A stretch of 61,325 bases of DNA, the filler included. It is 4 parts of 4 records of this genome, joined end to end, with 100 filler letters (N's around TTAATTAATTAA, not from the genome) between each part and the next. Parts side by side here need not be neighbours in the genome. Positions count along the whole stretch, not along the records: positions 28,122 to 43,366 come from SRR31156797_10945; positions 43,467 to 55,373 come from SRR31156797_10976; 2 more parts are not named here. The stretch is one strand, 5' to 3'. The notes below the pieces were generated by a model. It ran no database searches. It was not told the origin of the DNA and saw only the letters and a list, made by a program, of their open reading frames with translations. Positions 41,101 through 52,000 of this stretch are shown in pieces; position 1 is the first letter of the stretch; each line of letters starts with the position of its first letter. The translations under genes and the position numbers were made by a program.

Positions 41101-43366
41101 ATCGTCTGTTGCCGGTTACTCAATTCCAGCCACTCGCGCTTAAGCGTTTTACCCTTATACTGAAATTCGTATAAGATTTTTGCATCCTTGGAAGCGGAGC
41201 CAACCATCAGTTTTGCATTTTCCCCGGGTTCACATTTCGTGGTTAAGGGCTCAAAAAAGATATATGTTTCAGTGGGTGGACGTTTTGCCTCCGGGTCAAA
41301 AACCGTAAATGTTTTGTTGGTTCTAACTTTGGTACCAAAAACATCTGTTGACGTCATTTCCACCTTATACAAACCCTCATCCCAGTTACCGAAGAGCTGC
41401 CCTGGTATAATTGAATCTACTGTGGTATTCGCGTTTAACGAAAATACTTCCTTTTCGGTTTCCCATTGTAAGGGATCATCTTCGTCTTGATAAACCCTGT
41501 CTGGAAATAACCCATGGAACTCGATTTCAGTCATCGAAAACTTATCCGGCTCAGCCCAATATCGATCCTTTACCAGTCCCGTTGGCTGTTTTAGTTTGTG
41601 AATCTTTATATCAACTTCAGTACTCAGTTTTTCTCCATTTAGGTTGGTTGCTGAAAAGTAATAATTCTCCAACTTTTGTTGGTTTATGTTTTCTGGTAAA
41701 TCAACATTCAACAACAGGGCTTCAGTGCCAACGTTTACAGAAGCATTCCCGGATTGTGTTTCGCCATTGATATCTGTTACATCAGCAGTTATTTGAAAGC
41801 TAAAGGACTGCTTCAAACCCGAGCTGAATGAATTATCAGGAATAGCATTGAATGTGATATTAAAGTTCCCGGTATCATCCGTTGTGGTCTCACCAACCGT
41901 AATTTCTACAGGCGGCGATGAATAGGGCATATAGCTATACCGGCTTCTCATGGGCCATGGATAAAAAGCATTCCGGACTATACGGTAACTGACCGTGGCA
42001 TTTTCAATGTTGTTTCCGGCATAGGCCTTTGCATTTCCGGTAACGGTTATCTCCTCATTCAATTTATAACTGCCACTAACGGGCTCGAAAGTTACCTCAA
42101 ACTTTGGTCGCTTATATTCCTCAACAGTAATTGTAGTGGATCCACTTTGATTTTTGATATGCATGACCCCATTGAGCAATCCGGAGGGAATGGTAAAAGA
42201 TCCATGAACAGAACCATATTCATTTGAGGCCAGGTCGCTTGAAGCAATCAACTGGTTATTGGCGTCAAAAAATTCAATCGTTGTATTTGCCTCAGGTAAG
42301 ATTTCGTACTTATCTCCGGTTTTTTCCAGCATTATGCCCTTTAAATATACGAGTTGGCCTGGGCGATAAATGGCACGATCGGTAAAGAAAAAAGTCTTTT
42401 CTACCGGTTTATCAGTCTTTTCCCTGGGCTTTGAAAAATAAAAATTCTGTTCCGGTCTGTACTGATCATTACCACTAATTAACTTAAGATATATGCCTCC
42501 ACGAATATCATTATCAGCACCAATATGCAAAAACCCATTCTTATCGGTCAGGTAGGTATTTATAAGTTTGGTTTCATAGGTGCGGTTCCGATAATTATAA
42601 TCGCGCTTATACATTTCTACGGTAACCTCCGACCTGGGTTCACCACTTTCACGATCCAGCACAAAAAGATCATAACCACCCTTTTCAAGCCGTTGGTTGA
42701 TCAAACTCAGGCTTGTTGACCAGAACTCCGCCCATGAAACAATTACGGATTCTCCTTTGAACTGCTCTTGATTGGAGGCCAGAAGTACATAAAAACCTCC
42801 ATCTACTGCAGGAATTTTAAACTCCAGGGAATGCGGTTGATAGTCTTTATCATCGGGCAGGTTTATCGTCCAGTTATCCACAAATTGCTGCTTTGCTAAA
42901 TCAGCAGCCATATCCCCACGACGCGATTGCCTTGTAAGTTCTGTGTACTCATCATAATCCATTTTCAGCAGTCTGAAATATATGGTGTTGAAATTTTTCC
43001 AGTTTAGGAGTCCCAATGAAGGTTTTCCGGGCGCTATGGTGTTTTCAAGGGTTATATTAAATGATTTTTCCTTGATCCGGTCGAGCAGCACCTGGCAATT
43101 TTGGGCTCCATCGGATTTGGGAAATACATGAATGGCTTCTTCACAAATGGATACTGCCTTTTGGTTTTCCCACCTGAAATCATCAGAAACCAGCGGGCTA
43201 TATTTACCAGCCCGGGACTGATGAAACTTCGCCATCCGGAAAGCTACTTCAGCTGAGGCATCAGAGAATTTATACGCCTCCCTCAGGTTTTCCAGGGCTT
43301 TTAAATAGACCTGATCCTTTGCAGGGAAAACAGATTTAACATGCATGATCTCCAGTCGTTTTAAAT
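38121..43366 (-). CDS. Bacterial alpha-2-macroglobulin family protein (5' truncated)
   Basis: TDRAIYRPGQ (MG2), VEEYKRP, RRDFNETAFFYP, LPESFTRW, PRFFREGD, QCMYAPE. Confidence 0.92.
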
Positions 43367-43466
43367 NNNNNNNNNNNNNNNNNNNNNNNNNNNNNNNNNN
43401 NNNNNNNNNNTTAATTAATTAANNNNNNNNNNNNNNNNNNNNNNNNNNNNNNNNNNNNNNNNNNNN
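43367..43466. other. Artificial contig spacer
   Basis: N44-TTAATTAATTAA-N44. Confidence 0.99.
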
Positions 43467-43582
43467 CGGGTTCCGATGGCGCCGCCGCAACCGAACAGAA
43501 TGAGCAGAACAAGGAATGCCGAAAATAGTTTCAGCTTTCCCTGATCAATTTGGATGGTATCAAAGATAAGCTTTATGGGCAT
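43467..43582 (-). CDS. N-terminus of a putative lipoprotein (truncated)
   Basis: GAGG SD, then MPIKLIF...FLVLLILFGCGG with lipobox LFGC; not in the ORF track. Confidence 0.55.
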
Positions 43583-43787
43583 GGGTTAACCTCGCTTTGG
43601 GAATTTCATGGTTTAAGGAGTGTGAATATTTTTTGGAGCATTTCTTCATTCTTCACTTATTTTAACAGATGGTGTATAGAGAAACCATATTAAAAATGAG
43701 GCGATCTGATTCCAAGAGGGTTAAATTACTCCGGCAGGGAAATTTGAACAGACTGGCTGAAGCGATACCGGATTCAGAGCATTATGA

Positions 43788-44006
43788 ATGATTTTTTCAA
43801 CAAGAAATATTGTCATTTCCGAACGGTTGGAGAAACCGGTTTCCGTGGCACCGGGAAGATATGTGGAGATTTCCATTACCGATACGGGTGTGGGGGTGGA
43901 TGTGTCAGGCCAGGAGAGAATATTTGATCCTTTTTTTCAACGCTTTATGCGGAAACCGTTCAACATGAGACAGCTAACACGGAAATTGAAGGAAATTCTG
44001 AAATAG
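43788..44006 (+). pseudogene. Internally deleted hybrid histidine kinase remnant
   Basis: HATPase fragment [15 protein letters not shown]...RIFDPFF joined directly to the receiver tail FMRKPF...LTRKLKEIL. Confidence 0.75.
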
Positions 44007-44023
44007 TTTAATTCCGGGTACAA

Positions 44024-45376
44024 ATGATAATGGAGCCGAAAATGCAGAAAACATATGTGCCGTCCGGACAATACAGGGTCAGTGGGAAAAAACGGGGCGT
44101 TTTGGAGGCCATACTGGGGACATGCGTTGCGGTGACCCTTTGCGATCGCCGTGCCGGTGTGGGAGGACTGATGCATTTGCTTCTGGCTGAGCCCGGCGAT
44201 AATACCTGGGAACCCTTGAAATACGCCAAGACCGGTCTTCCGCTGTTCATCCGGGCCTTGTGTGACGCGGGGGCCCGGAAAGAGAGATTGGAAGCGCATC
44301 TGGCCGGTGGGGCCCTGCTGGGGCCTTTATCCCATACGGATCTGGAATTGGATGTGGGCGGCCAGACCGTTGAAGTTGTTTTGAACATATTAAAAAATGA
44401 AGAAATTCCCATCATTAACGCCGAGACGGGCGGCTTTTTTGCCTGTCGCTTAAAATTGGATTTACGATCCTGGGAATCTTATATTGAGCCGTTGGATCTC
44501 TTTGAGGATGCGGTTATCCCCAGGAATAATAGAAGACCGACAATTCGGGAGATCGAGGAGAGTATCGGGCAGGTGCGTCCCGTTCCTCAAATAGCCCTTA
44601 AGATCATTCGGATGATACGTGACGCCGATTTAAGCTTCCACAATATTTCAGAAGAGTTGAGAAAAGACCAGGTTCTAAGTGCCAAGGTTATCAGATTGTG
44701 CAATTCGGCTTTTTTGAGCATCGGTCAGGAAATCGACGCCATAGACAGAGCCCTGGTTTTTTTGGGAGAAAAACAGTTTTTACAGTTGGTTGTTTCTTCC
44801 TCCCTGGAGGATTTTTTTCCGGTTAGCGAAGAAGGATATTCTCTTTGCAAGGGTGGTATTTACAGGCATGCCCTGGGAACCGCGTTGGTTGCGGAGGCGT
44901 TGGCCGGTTTTTCAGGAATGGTCGCTTCGGATATCGCATACACCGCCGGTCTGCTTCATGACATCGGAAAGGTTGTTCTGGATCAAAAAATGGCGGCCTT
45001 ATTTCCTCTTTTTTATCGACGCACCCAAGAGGAGGGTATGGACCTGACCCTTGTGGAACGGGAAGAATTCGGAATGGATCATACCGAGGCAGGGGAACGG
45101 TTGGCTCGGGACTGGTCTTTGCCGGATAATCTGATCGAGGCGATCGGTCACCACCACAGTCCCGAGGAAGCCACCGTGGACCCGAAGTTAAGCCATGTTA
45201 TTTATCTGGCTGATTTAATTACGAACAAATTCCTGGCAGGACAGGGCTTGGAAAGAGTGAATGGAGAGAGATTGGCAATACGGTTGAAAGCGGTGGGAAT
45301 TGACCCACAGGAATTCCCCCGCTTAATTGAAAGCATCCCCGATCAAATCTTTCACGATTCATTTCTGATGAACTGA
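44024..45376 (+). CDS. CheD-HDOD fusion protein
   Basis: CheD ILGTCVAV...GGLMH...AGGA; HDOD DQVLSAKVIRLCNSA, AGLLHDIGK, DHTEAG, W.LP, HH. Confidence 0.88.
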   Translation: MIMEPKMQKTYVPSGQYRVSGKKRGVLEAILGTCVAVTLCDRRAGVGGLMHLLLAEPGDNTWEPLKYAKTGLPLFIRALCDAGARKERLEAHLAGGALLGPLSHTDLELDVGGQTVEVVLNILKNEEIPIINAETGGFFACRLKLDLRSWESYIEPLDLFEDAVIPRNNRRPTIREIEESIGQVRPVPQIALKIIRMIRDADLSFHNISEELRKDQVLSAKVIRLCNSAFLSIGQEIDAIDRALVFLGEKQFLQLVVSSSLEDFFPVSEEGYSLCKGGIYRHALGTALVAEALAGFSGMVASDIAYTAGLLHDIGKVVLDQKMAALFPLFYRRTQEEGMDLTLVEREEFGMDHTEAGERLARDWSLPDNLIEAIGHHHSPEEATVDPKLSHVIYLADLITNKFLAGQGLERVNGERLAIRLKAVGIDPQEFPRLIESIPDQIFHDSFLMN

Positions 45377-46370
45377 TTTTTAAATCATCCATTTCTTGCA
45401 TGCCGGGCAGGCCCTGCCGAATCAATATGGAAAAATTCGGGTCTCCATCCGGATTTTTGGCCCGTTTGTTGATGATACTTCTCCGTTTGAGGGTTTCGAA
45501 AGGGACGGATTGGTTCAGCAGGCCGTTTTCATGGGCCATTTCATCCAGTCGGCCATTGAGCAGAATACGCCAGTCCCATCTTGTTTTTCCGGTGTAGGGG
45601 CGTGCATGGCCGCGAATCTGGGTTGTGCAGTTGCCGGTGAGGGCATTGTACCATTCAGGTTGGATTTTGAGCTGGTTGATATAATGCATGTAGTCAAGGA
45701 AAATTTTCCGAAAAACAGCTTTTGAGCCGTTTAAGCGGTAAAGGTAAACGGTTTCGTCTTTTCGATAATTGGTGCGAAGCCGTACCAGGTCCCGTTCATC
45801 CGCCACCACATAAATCAATTCATACTGGCGGAAAAACCCTTTGATGGTGGAGTAGTCTTCCCCTACTTCTTTCCGTGTTTCAATGGAAATGCAGAGATAC
45901 TGATCCCCCTGAAATCCGAAACTGATCATGGTATGGGAAATATATTTAATGCCCCAGTTCACCAGGTACAGGTCGATGGTGTCTAGCTTTGAGACATCAA
46001 AGGTTTGATCATAGTATCGGGGGGTATAATCGGTTTCGCTACGATAGTCGCAATTGCGGATATGGTGGATCGTTACCCGGTCACCGTCAATAACGGCATA
46101 CGGAAGGAGCGCCACATCCGCCTGCCACTCCCGGTCATTGGACGGCGTCATGGCAAAATACCCCGCCGCAACCATGGCGAACAGGGCAAAAAAAACGGCG
46201 TACCCAAGCCCCTTTGGCTTTAGAAAAATCAAGACCGCCAACTGGATCAGGGCAAAGAGAATGGATAGCACCGGTTTGGCCGGGTTGGGCAGATAGGAGA
46301 AAAAGATCGCCAGGGCCCCCCAGGCGGTCATTCCGCATAATATCAGCCAGAGCGTTATATTACCGATCAT
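45219..46370 (-). CDS. DUF4105 family membrane-anchored protein
   Basis: PSNDREW, HTMISFGF, SIETRKE, ADERD, WYNALTGNCTT; three N-terminal TM segments. Confidence 0.8.
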   Translation of the reverse strand: MIGNITLWLILCGMTAWGALAIFFSYLPNPAKPVLSILFALIQLAVLIFLKPKGLGYAVFFALFAMVAAGYFAMTPSNDREWQADVALLPYAVIDGDRVTIHHIRNCDYRSETDYTPRYYDQTFDVSKLDTIDLYLVNWGIKYISHTMISFGFQGDQYLCISIETRKEVGEDYSTIKGFFRQYELIYVVADERDLVRLRTNYRKDETVYLYRLNGSKAVFRKIFLDYMHYINQLKIQPEWYNALTGNCTTQIRGHARPYTGKTRWDWRILLNGRLDEMAHENGLLNQSVPFETLKRRSIINKRAKNPDGDPNFSILIRQGLPGMQEMDDLKISSSEMNRERFDRGCFQLSGGIPVGQFPPLSTVLPISLHSLFPSPVLPGICS

Positions 46371-46594
46371 CTAAAAAAACTCCATAATCTCCTTCTACCG
46401 ACCACCTTGTTTAATCGTTGGTATTTCATGGATGCACTTGAGCGAAAAAGGGCGCGCGCCGAGCCGCATGGGATGCCTCCGGTGCTCAATATGATTTTCG
46501 TTCAGCTCCTCTCGTTCAGCCTCGGCGCGTTTCGGATTGCCCAAACCTTCATCGGGGCAAGACGCTTCTGGGCAATCCGGTGTGAATGACGTCA

Positions 46595-46852
46595 TCAATG
46601 GCGGCAATTGCTCCGACGAGACTCACATGGATCATGGCCGGCCCGGTGAAGAGAGCCGGGAGTTGAAGGGGATCCAGATCCTGCTCTTCCATTGATCACG
46701 GCCCATAGATTCTTGGCGTAATCATCTTGTCTAAATACATAGTCCTCTGCTTTGATTTTGACGAATGATGTTATCTTGGCAATTTTCTCCAACATTGGAT
46801 CGGTAAGATAACTCAGCATGATAACCGTTTTTAATTCTTTTATACCATACAT
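46595..46852 (-). pseudogene. Truncated cyclic-nucleotide-binding domain protein
   Basis: SD GGAGG, then LKTVIMLSYL...YVFRQDDYAKNLWAVINGR (start of a cNMP domain) followed by an unrelated tail. Confidence 0.6.
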
Positions 46853-47121
46853 ATCGCCCTCCTTTCCCTGTTGGGTCGAAACCCCGGTTCCCTGATACCG
46901 ATTTTCGGTATCGGAAGACCGATCTGATTGTTGGATAATCACCTCTAAATGCCGAGTTCAAGTATCTCACAGCATAATTAGATGTACAACAGAAATTCAA
47001 AAATGTACTTAATCTTTTCAGGGATTTCTTGAGGCTCAGGACCTTTCAGATGCCCTGTTTCAGCGTTGAGATTTTCCGGAGCGCAATTATCACAATACTT
47101 CAAGGTCGCGATATTCGGGAA

Positions 47122-48423
47122 TCAACCATGGGCAATTAGACGTTTCATGGCGGAAAACGACTCTTTAAGTACGGCTTCTCGACTGATCATACCTTTAAAA
47201 ATCCCTTGATCATCCACCACCGGCAGTCTCTTGATGGCGTATTCGGTCATTAAAGAAATGGCTTTGTCGATTTCGGCTTTCTCATGTATGGTGATTAGAC
47301 CGGTTTTCATGACGGCTTCCGCCGGTTGATCCCCCAATTTGTCGCGGATCTTGCCGGCATGTTTGGATTTGGCGGAAAAGGGGACCAGTTTCGACAATAC
47401 CTCCCAGATTCCGGGCGCTTGATCCGAAAAGGCTGACAGGAGGTTGCGATCGGAGATGAGACCCAGAAGACGGCCGTCGGGGTCCACCACCGCGACCCGT
47501 TGAATGTCGTTGTTGTCGATAATGGCGAGAACCTCATGAACCGGTGTATGAGGCGCCACCGTTTGCGTGTCCCGTCGCATGATCGCCGAGACGGATTGGG
47601 AATTTGCAATGTGAACATGGTGTTGCATCCGTTCCCAATGGGGTGTTTCCCTTGTGATGGTTTGAAAGATGTCCATTCGGGATAAAATGCCCGTCAAGTA
47701 ACCCTCGCCATCCACCACGGGCAACCGTTTCACTTCCTTTTTCAGCATGGTGTCAACGGCATGGGTCAGTAGGTCGGTCTCCTGAACAGTGACGGCGGGT
47801 GCGGTCATGATATCCCGAGACGTCTTTCCGGAGAGGCTTTGAACCACGGTTTTCAACCTTTCCGGGTCCGATTGTGCCATGAGAGCCAGCCGTACGGGCA
47901 TTTCGGCACGATAGATGAGGTCACTTTGGCTAACGACCGCCACGGGCCTGTTTTCAGGGTCCACCACTGGTACCCCGGTGAAATTTGCGGAAAGGAGTGT
48001 TTTCATCACCCGGTCGGCCGGATCGCTTGTTTGCACGGATACCGGTTTAAACGTCATGACGTCTCTCACCCGGGTTTGCGGGGGAAATAACCGCTTTTGT
48101 GTTCGATGGGAAAACACCGTGAGTCGGCGGGTTCCGAGGATTCCGTCCGAAACCATTTCCTGAAGATCTTCCATAACCGCATCCGCTTCGGCTGAGGGGA
48201 GAACAATTTCCATCTTGACGGGCTGATTGGCGGAGAGGTCCATAATCTTTTCTGTGGACACCTCTCCATTTTCGGTGCACCCTGCTATCCCCTTGAAAAC
48301 AAGGCAGCGTGCGGGTGCTTTCAGTTTTCGAATATAATCCGGAATGGCTTCGGAGAGGTATTTCCCATCACACTTTACCCCTTCACCGGTGAAAACTTCT
48401 ATGACGACGTATGATTGTGCCAA
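47122..48423 (-). CDS. DUF190 + four CBS motifs fusion protein
   Basis: N-terminal DUF190 (VFKGIAG, DLSANQPVKMEIV) followed by two Bateman modules (VRDVMT...VPVVD, RLPVVD, RVAVVD, RLPVVD); TTG start after GGAGG. Confidence 0.88.
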   Translation of the reverse strand: MAQSYVVIEVFTGEGVKCDGKYLSEAIPDYIRKLKAPARCLVFKGIAGCTENGEVSTEKIMDLSANQPVKMEIVLPSAEADAVMEDLQEMVSDGILGTRRLTVFSHRTQKRLFPPQTRVRDVMTFKPVSVQTSDPADRVMKTLLSANFTGVPVVDPENRPVAVVSQSDLIYRAEMPVRLALMAQSDPERLKTVVQSLSGKTSRDIMTAPAVTVQETDLLTHAVDTMLKKEVKRLPVVDGEGYLTGILSRMDIFQTITRETPHWERMQHHVHIANSQSVSAIMRRDTQTVAPHTPVHEVLAIIDNNDIQRVAVVDPDGRLLGLISDRNLLSAFSDQAPGIWEVLSKLVPFSAKSKHAGKIRDKLGDQPAEAVMKTGLITIHEKAEIDKAISLMTEYAIKRLPVVDDQGIFKGMISREAVLKESFSAMKRLIAHG

Positions 48424-48425
48424 GA

Positions 48426-48809
48426 CTACCTCCCTTCAAGCGTGGCTTTCACCAGCCACAAGCCCGCCACCACCAACAGGCCCCCTCCGAGATTGTTAAC
48501 CAGGAAATTGGTCAAGGCCATATGGCTCCCGTTTCGTAGATAATTAACCGACTCCAGGGCATAGGTGGAGAAGGTTGTAAGGGCCCCCAGAAAGCCTGTC
48601 ATGAAAAAGAGCCGTGCCTCCGGTGTGAACCATTGTGTCCTCCCCGCCAGGCCAAAGGCCACACCGATCAGGAAACAGCCGATCATGTTTGCCGCAAGGG
48701 TTCCCCAGGGAAACCCCACACCGATAAATCTGCCACCCGCCAGCCCCAGTCCGTAGCGGCAAAGGGCACCCAGACCGCCTCCCGTCATGATCAAGAGAAT
48801 CTTTACCAT
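48426..48809 (-). CDS. crcB: Fluoride channel Fluc/CrcB
   Basis: GGGLGALCRY, FPWGTLAAN, GFLGALTTFSTYALE. Confidence 0.95.
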   Translation of the reverse strand: MVKILLIMTGGGLGALCRYGLGLAGGRFIGVGFPWGTLAANMIGCFLIGVAFGLAGRTQWFTPEARLFFMTGFLGALTTFSTYALESVNYLRNGSHMALTNFLVNNLGGGLLVVAGLWLVKATLEGR

Positions 48810-49048
48810 GTGAATTTCCTAAGCGTTCACCGCCTTTTTAGTTGAGTGCCTATTATGGATAGGTATCGAGCACGATACCGGTTCCGGTAGAATTATTCAA
48901 GCATGTAGAAATATTGTATTGCCATTTAAAAAGCCTAGATCGGCAAAAATAGTTATAAAATATTGCTTTTCTCAGAAAAAATGTTTAAACCGTTTTTATA
49001 AGCGATTCTGAGCGTTTTTCATTTTGAGGGCAATTTGGAGGTCTTCTA

Positions 49049-52000
49049 ATGGCTGGAAAACCGATCTGCGAAAAATTCGAAGAAAGGGCTGAGGCGATAG
49101 GGAAAGAAGCCGTTGAGTGCAAACGGGCGGAGAAGGCGCCGACAATAAAGGAGGAACCGGATCTCTCCAACATGGAAATGGAAAATCCCTATTTGGTTGA
49201 TGGCAAGTATTGTATCAAGGATTTGGTTGACATCGAAAATCTACGTAAAACCCTTGAAAACTTTTCCCGGGCCACAGGATTTACTACGGGATTTATCGAG
49301 TATCCCTCACAGGAGATACTTATTGCAACAGGGTGGAGGGATATCTGCACAAAATTTCATCGCGCCGTTCCCGGATCCGCAAAGCATTGCAGAGAGAGCA
49401 ATATTTTTTTGACGAACCGATTGAAAAAACAAAAAGAATTAAACATAAAACCATGTGGAAACGGTTTGGTGGACGGTGCAACTCCGATTGTCATCAAGGG
49501 AAAATATATTGCATACCTTGCTACCGGCCAGGTTTTGTTTGAGAAGCCGGATATTGAAAGATTTAAAAACCACGCTGAAATGTACGGTTATGATTTAGAT
49601 GCCTATTTGGAGGCTTTGGACAAGGTTCCGGTTGTTAGCCAAGATCAATTTAAAAATACACTCTCTTTTTTAAGTGAACTGGCTGTGACAATTGCGGAAA
49701 CAGGATTTAAAAACCTGGAACTCAAAGAAAAAACCAAGGAATTAGGGGAAGAAATCGCCTGTCGCAAGCTGGCCGAGAAGACGCTGCAAGAGACTTTGGA
49801 TTCTTACGAAAAGATCTTTTTTGAATCACCGATTGGTATATCCATTTATGGTGCCTCCGGACAATGTATCTCAGCCAATGATTCATTTGGGGAACTTGTC
49901 GGGGCTTCAAGAGAGTCGGTCCTTAAACAAAATTATAATAACTTGGAATCATGGAAGAAATCCGGATTATTCCATAAAGCTGAGCTCGCCTTAAGAGAAC
50001 ATTCAAAGAAACGTCATGAAATGCATGTAAGATCAACATCTGGAAAATACGTATCGCTCGACTGCCATCTCATTCCCTTCTCATCAGGAGGTCAACCGCA
50101 GTTACTGCTCATGACAAGTGACATTCGCGAGCGCCTCCAGGCGGAGGAGGCACTGCGGCAAAGCGAGAAGCGGCTCGAGAAGATTAATGAGTGCTTTTTG
50201 AGGTTTGGAACGGATGCGAATAAAAATATCAACTACTTAACCGCCCTATGTGGGGAGCTGTTGGGAGCAACCTGCTCACTGTATAATCGTCTCGATGGGG
50301 ATATGCTATGTTCATGGGGGCAATGGAATATTCCCATTGATTACAACCCCGTGGACACGCCTGACGGACACATTTGCTATGATGTGATCAAAAGTGCCGG
50401 TGATGAGACCCTTGTTATTACCAACCTTCCCGATACCCCTTACGCCGGGACCGATCCCAACGTAATCCCTTATAAGCTGAAAACCTATTTGGGCCGATCC
50501 GTAAAATTACGGGATGATTATGTGGGTTCCCTGTGCGTTGTGTATCAGGATGATATTGTACCGGATGAAGCTGACAAAAGGGTCATGGAGATCATTGCCT
50601 CAGCCATCGGAGTCGAAGAGGAGCGCAAGCGGGTTGAAGCGGTATTGAGGGATAGCGAGGAGAAATACCGTACGGTTCTTGAAGGAAATCCGGACCCTGT
50701 CGTTGTCTATGACATGGAAGGTAAAGTTCTCTATTTTAATCCTGCATTCACTCATGTTTTCGGGTGGACCTTGGAGGAATTTTTGGGAAAGAAACTGGAT
50801 GTTTTTGTTCCCGAGGACGCTTGGCCGAAAACCAAAGTGATGATCGAAAAGGTACTGGAAGGAGAAAGATTTTCAAATGTTGAAACTCGCAGATACACCA
50901 AAAACGGGGAAATCGTTCCCGTGAGTATCAGTGGCGCCACATACAGAGACCGGGACGGCAATCCTTTGGGTAATGTCATCAATCTCAGAGACATCAGCGA
51001 ACAAAAGCAGTTGGAAAGCCAACTCCGGCAAGCCCAGAGAATGGAATCCATGGGCATTTTATCCGGTGGTATCGCCCATGATTTCAATAACGTACTCATG
51101 GGGATACAAGGACGCACCTCCATAATGCTGATGAATAAGGATTCCTCCCATACGGATTTTGAGCACCTGAAGGGTATAGAGGATTATGTTGAAAATGCCG
51201 CCGGCCTTACGAAACAACTTTTGGGCTTTGCCAGGGGTGGAAAATATGAAGTCAAGCCGACCGATTTGAATGAACTCATCAACAAGCAAAACCGCATGTT
51301 CGGCCGCACCAAAAGGGAACTCACCATACACAAAAAATACGAAAAGGACCTTTGGTCCGTGGAGGTGGACCTGGGACAGATTGAACAGGTCCTATTGAAT
51401 CTTTATGTCAATGCCTCCCAGGCAATGCCTGCCGGAGGTGATCTCCATATCCGGACTCAAAATGTCACACTCGATGAGAATGATTCGGAGCCCCACCAGG
51501 TTGAACCCGGGAAATATGTGAAGATATCCATCACCGATACGGGAGTCGGAATGGATAAGGCAACCCTGGAAAGAATATTTGAGCCTTTCTTTACCACCAA
51601 AGTGATGGGTAGAGGCACCGGCTTGGGATTGGCCTCCACATATGGAATAATCAAGAATCATGGTGGTTTCATCAATGTTTACAGTGAAAAAGGTCATGGC
51701 AGCACTTTTCATCTCTATCTGCCTGCTTCTCCTAAGGAAGTCATTGGAGAGAAGAATCCACGCGCGGACACATTAAGAGGTTCTGAGACCGTTCTTTTCG
51801 TGGACGATGAGGATATGATAATTGAAATAGCCGAAGAGTTGCTGGATGCACTGGGCTACAAGGTTCTAATTGCCAGAAGCGGAAAAAAAGCCATTGAGAT
51901 GTATGAAGACAACCGGCAGCGCATAGACATGGTGATTTTGGATATGATCATGCCGGACATGAGTGGCGGCGAGACTTATGACAGGATGAAAGAGATGAAT

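Noticed and set aside
48810..48960. Fluoride riboswitch upstream of crcB (minus strand GGCAAT...AATTCTAC plus a hairpin)
   Set aside because: It lacks the GATG/GCTRATGAC core and P1 pairing; none was seen before the contig B crcB either. An Infernal search would settle it
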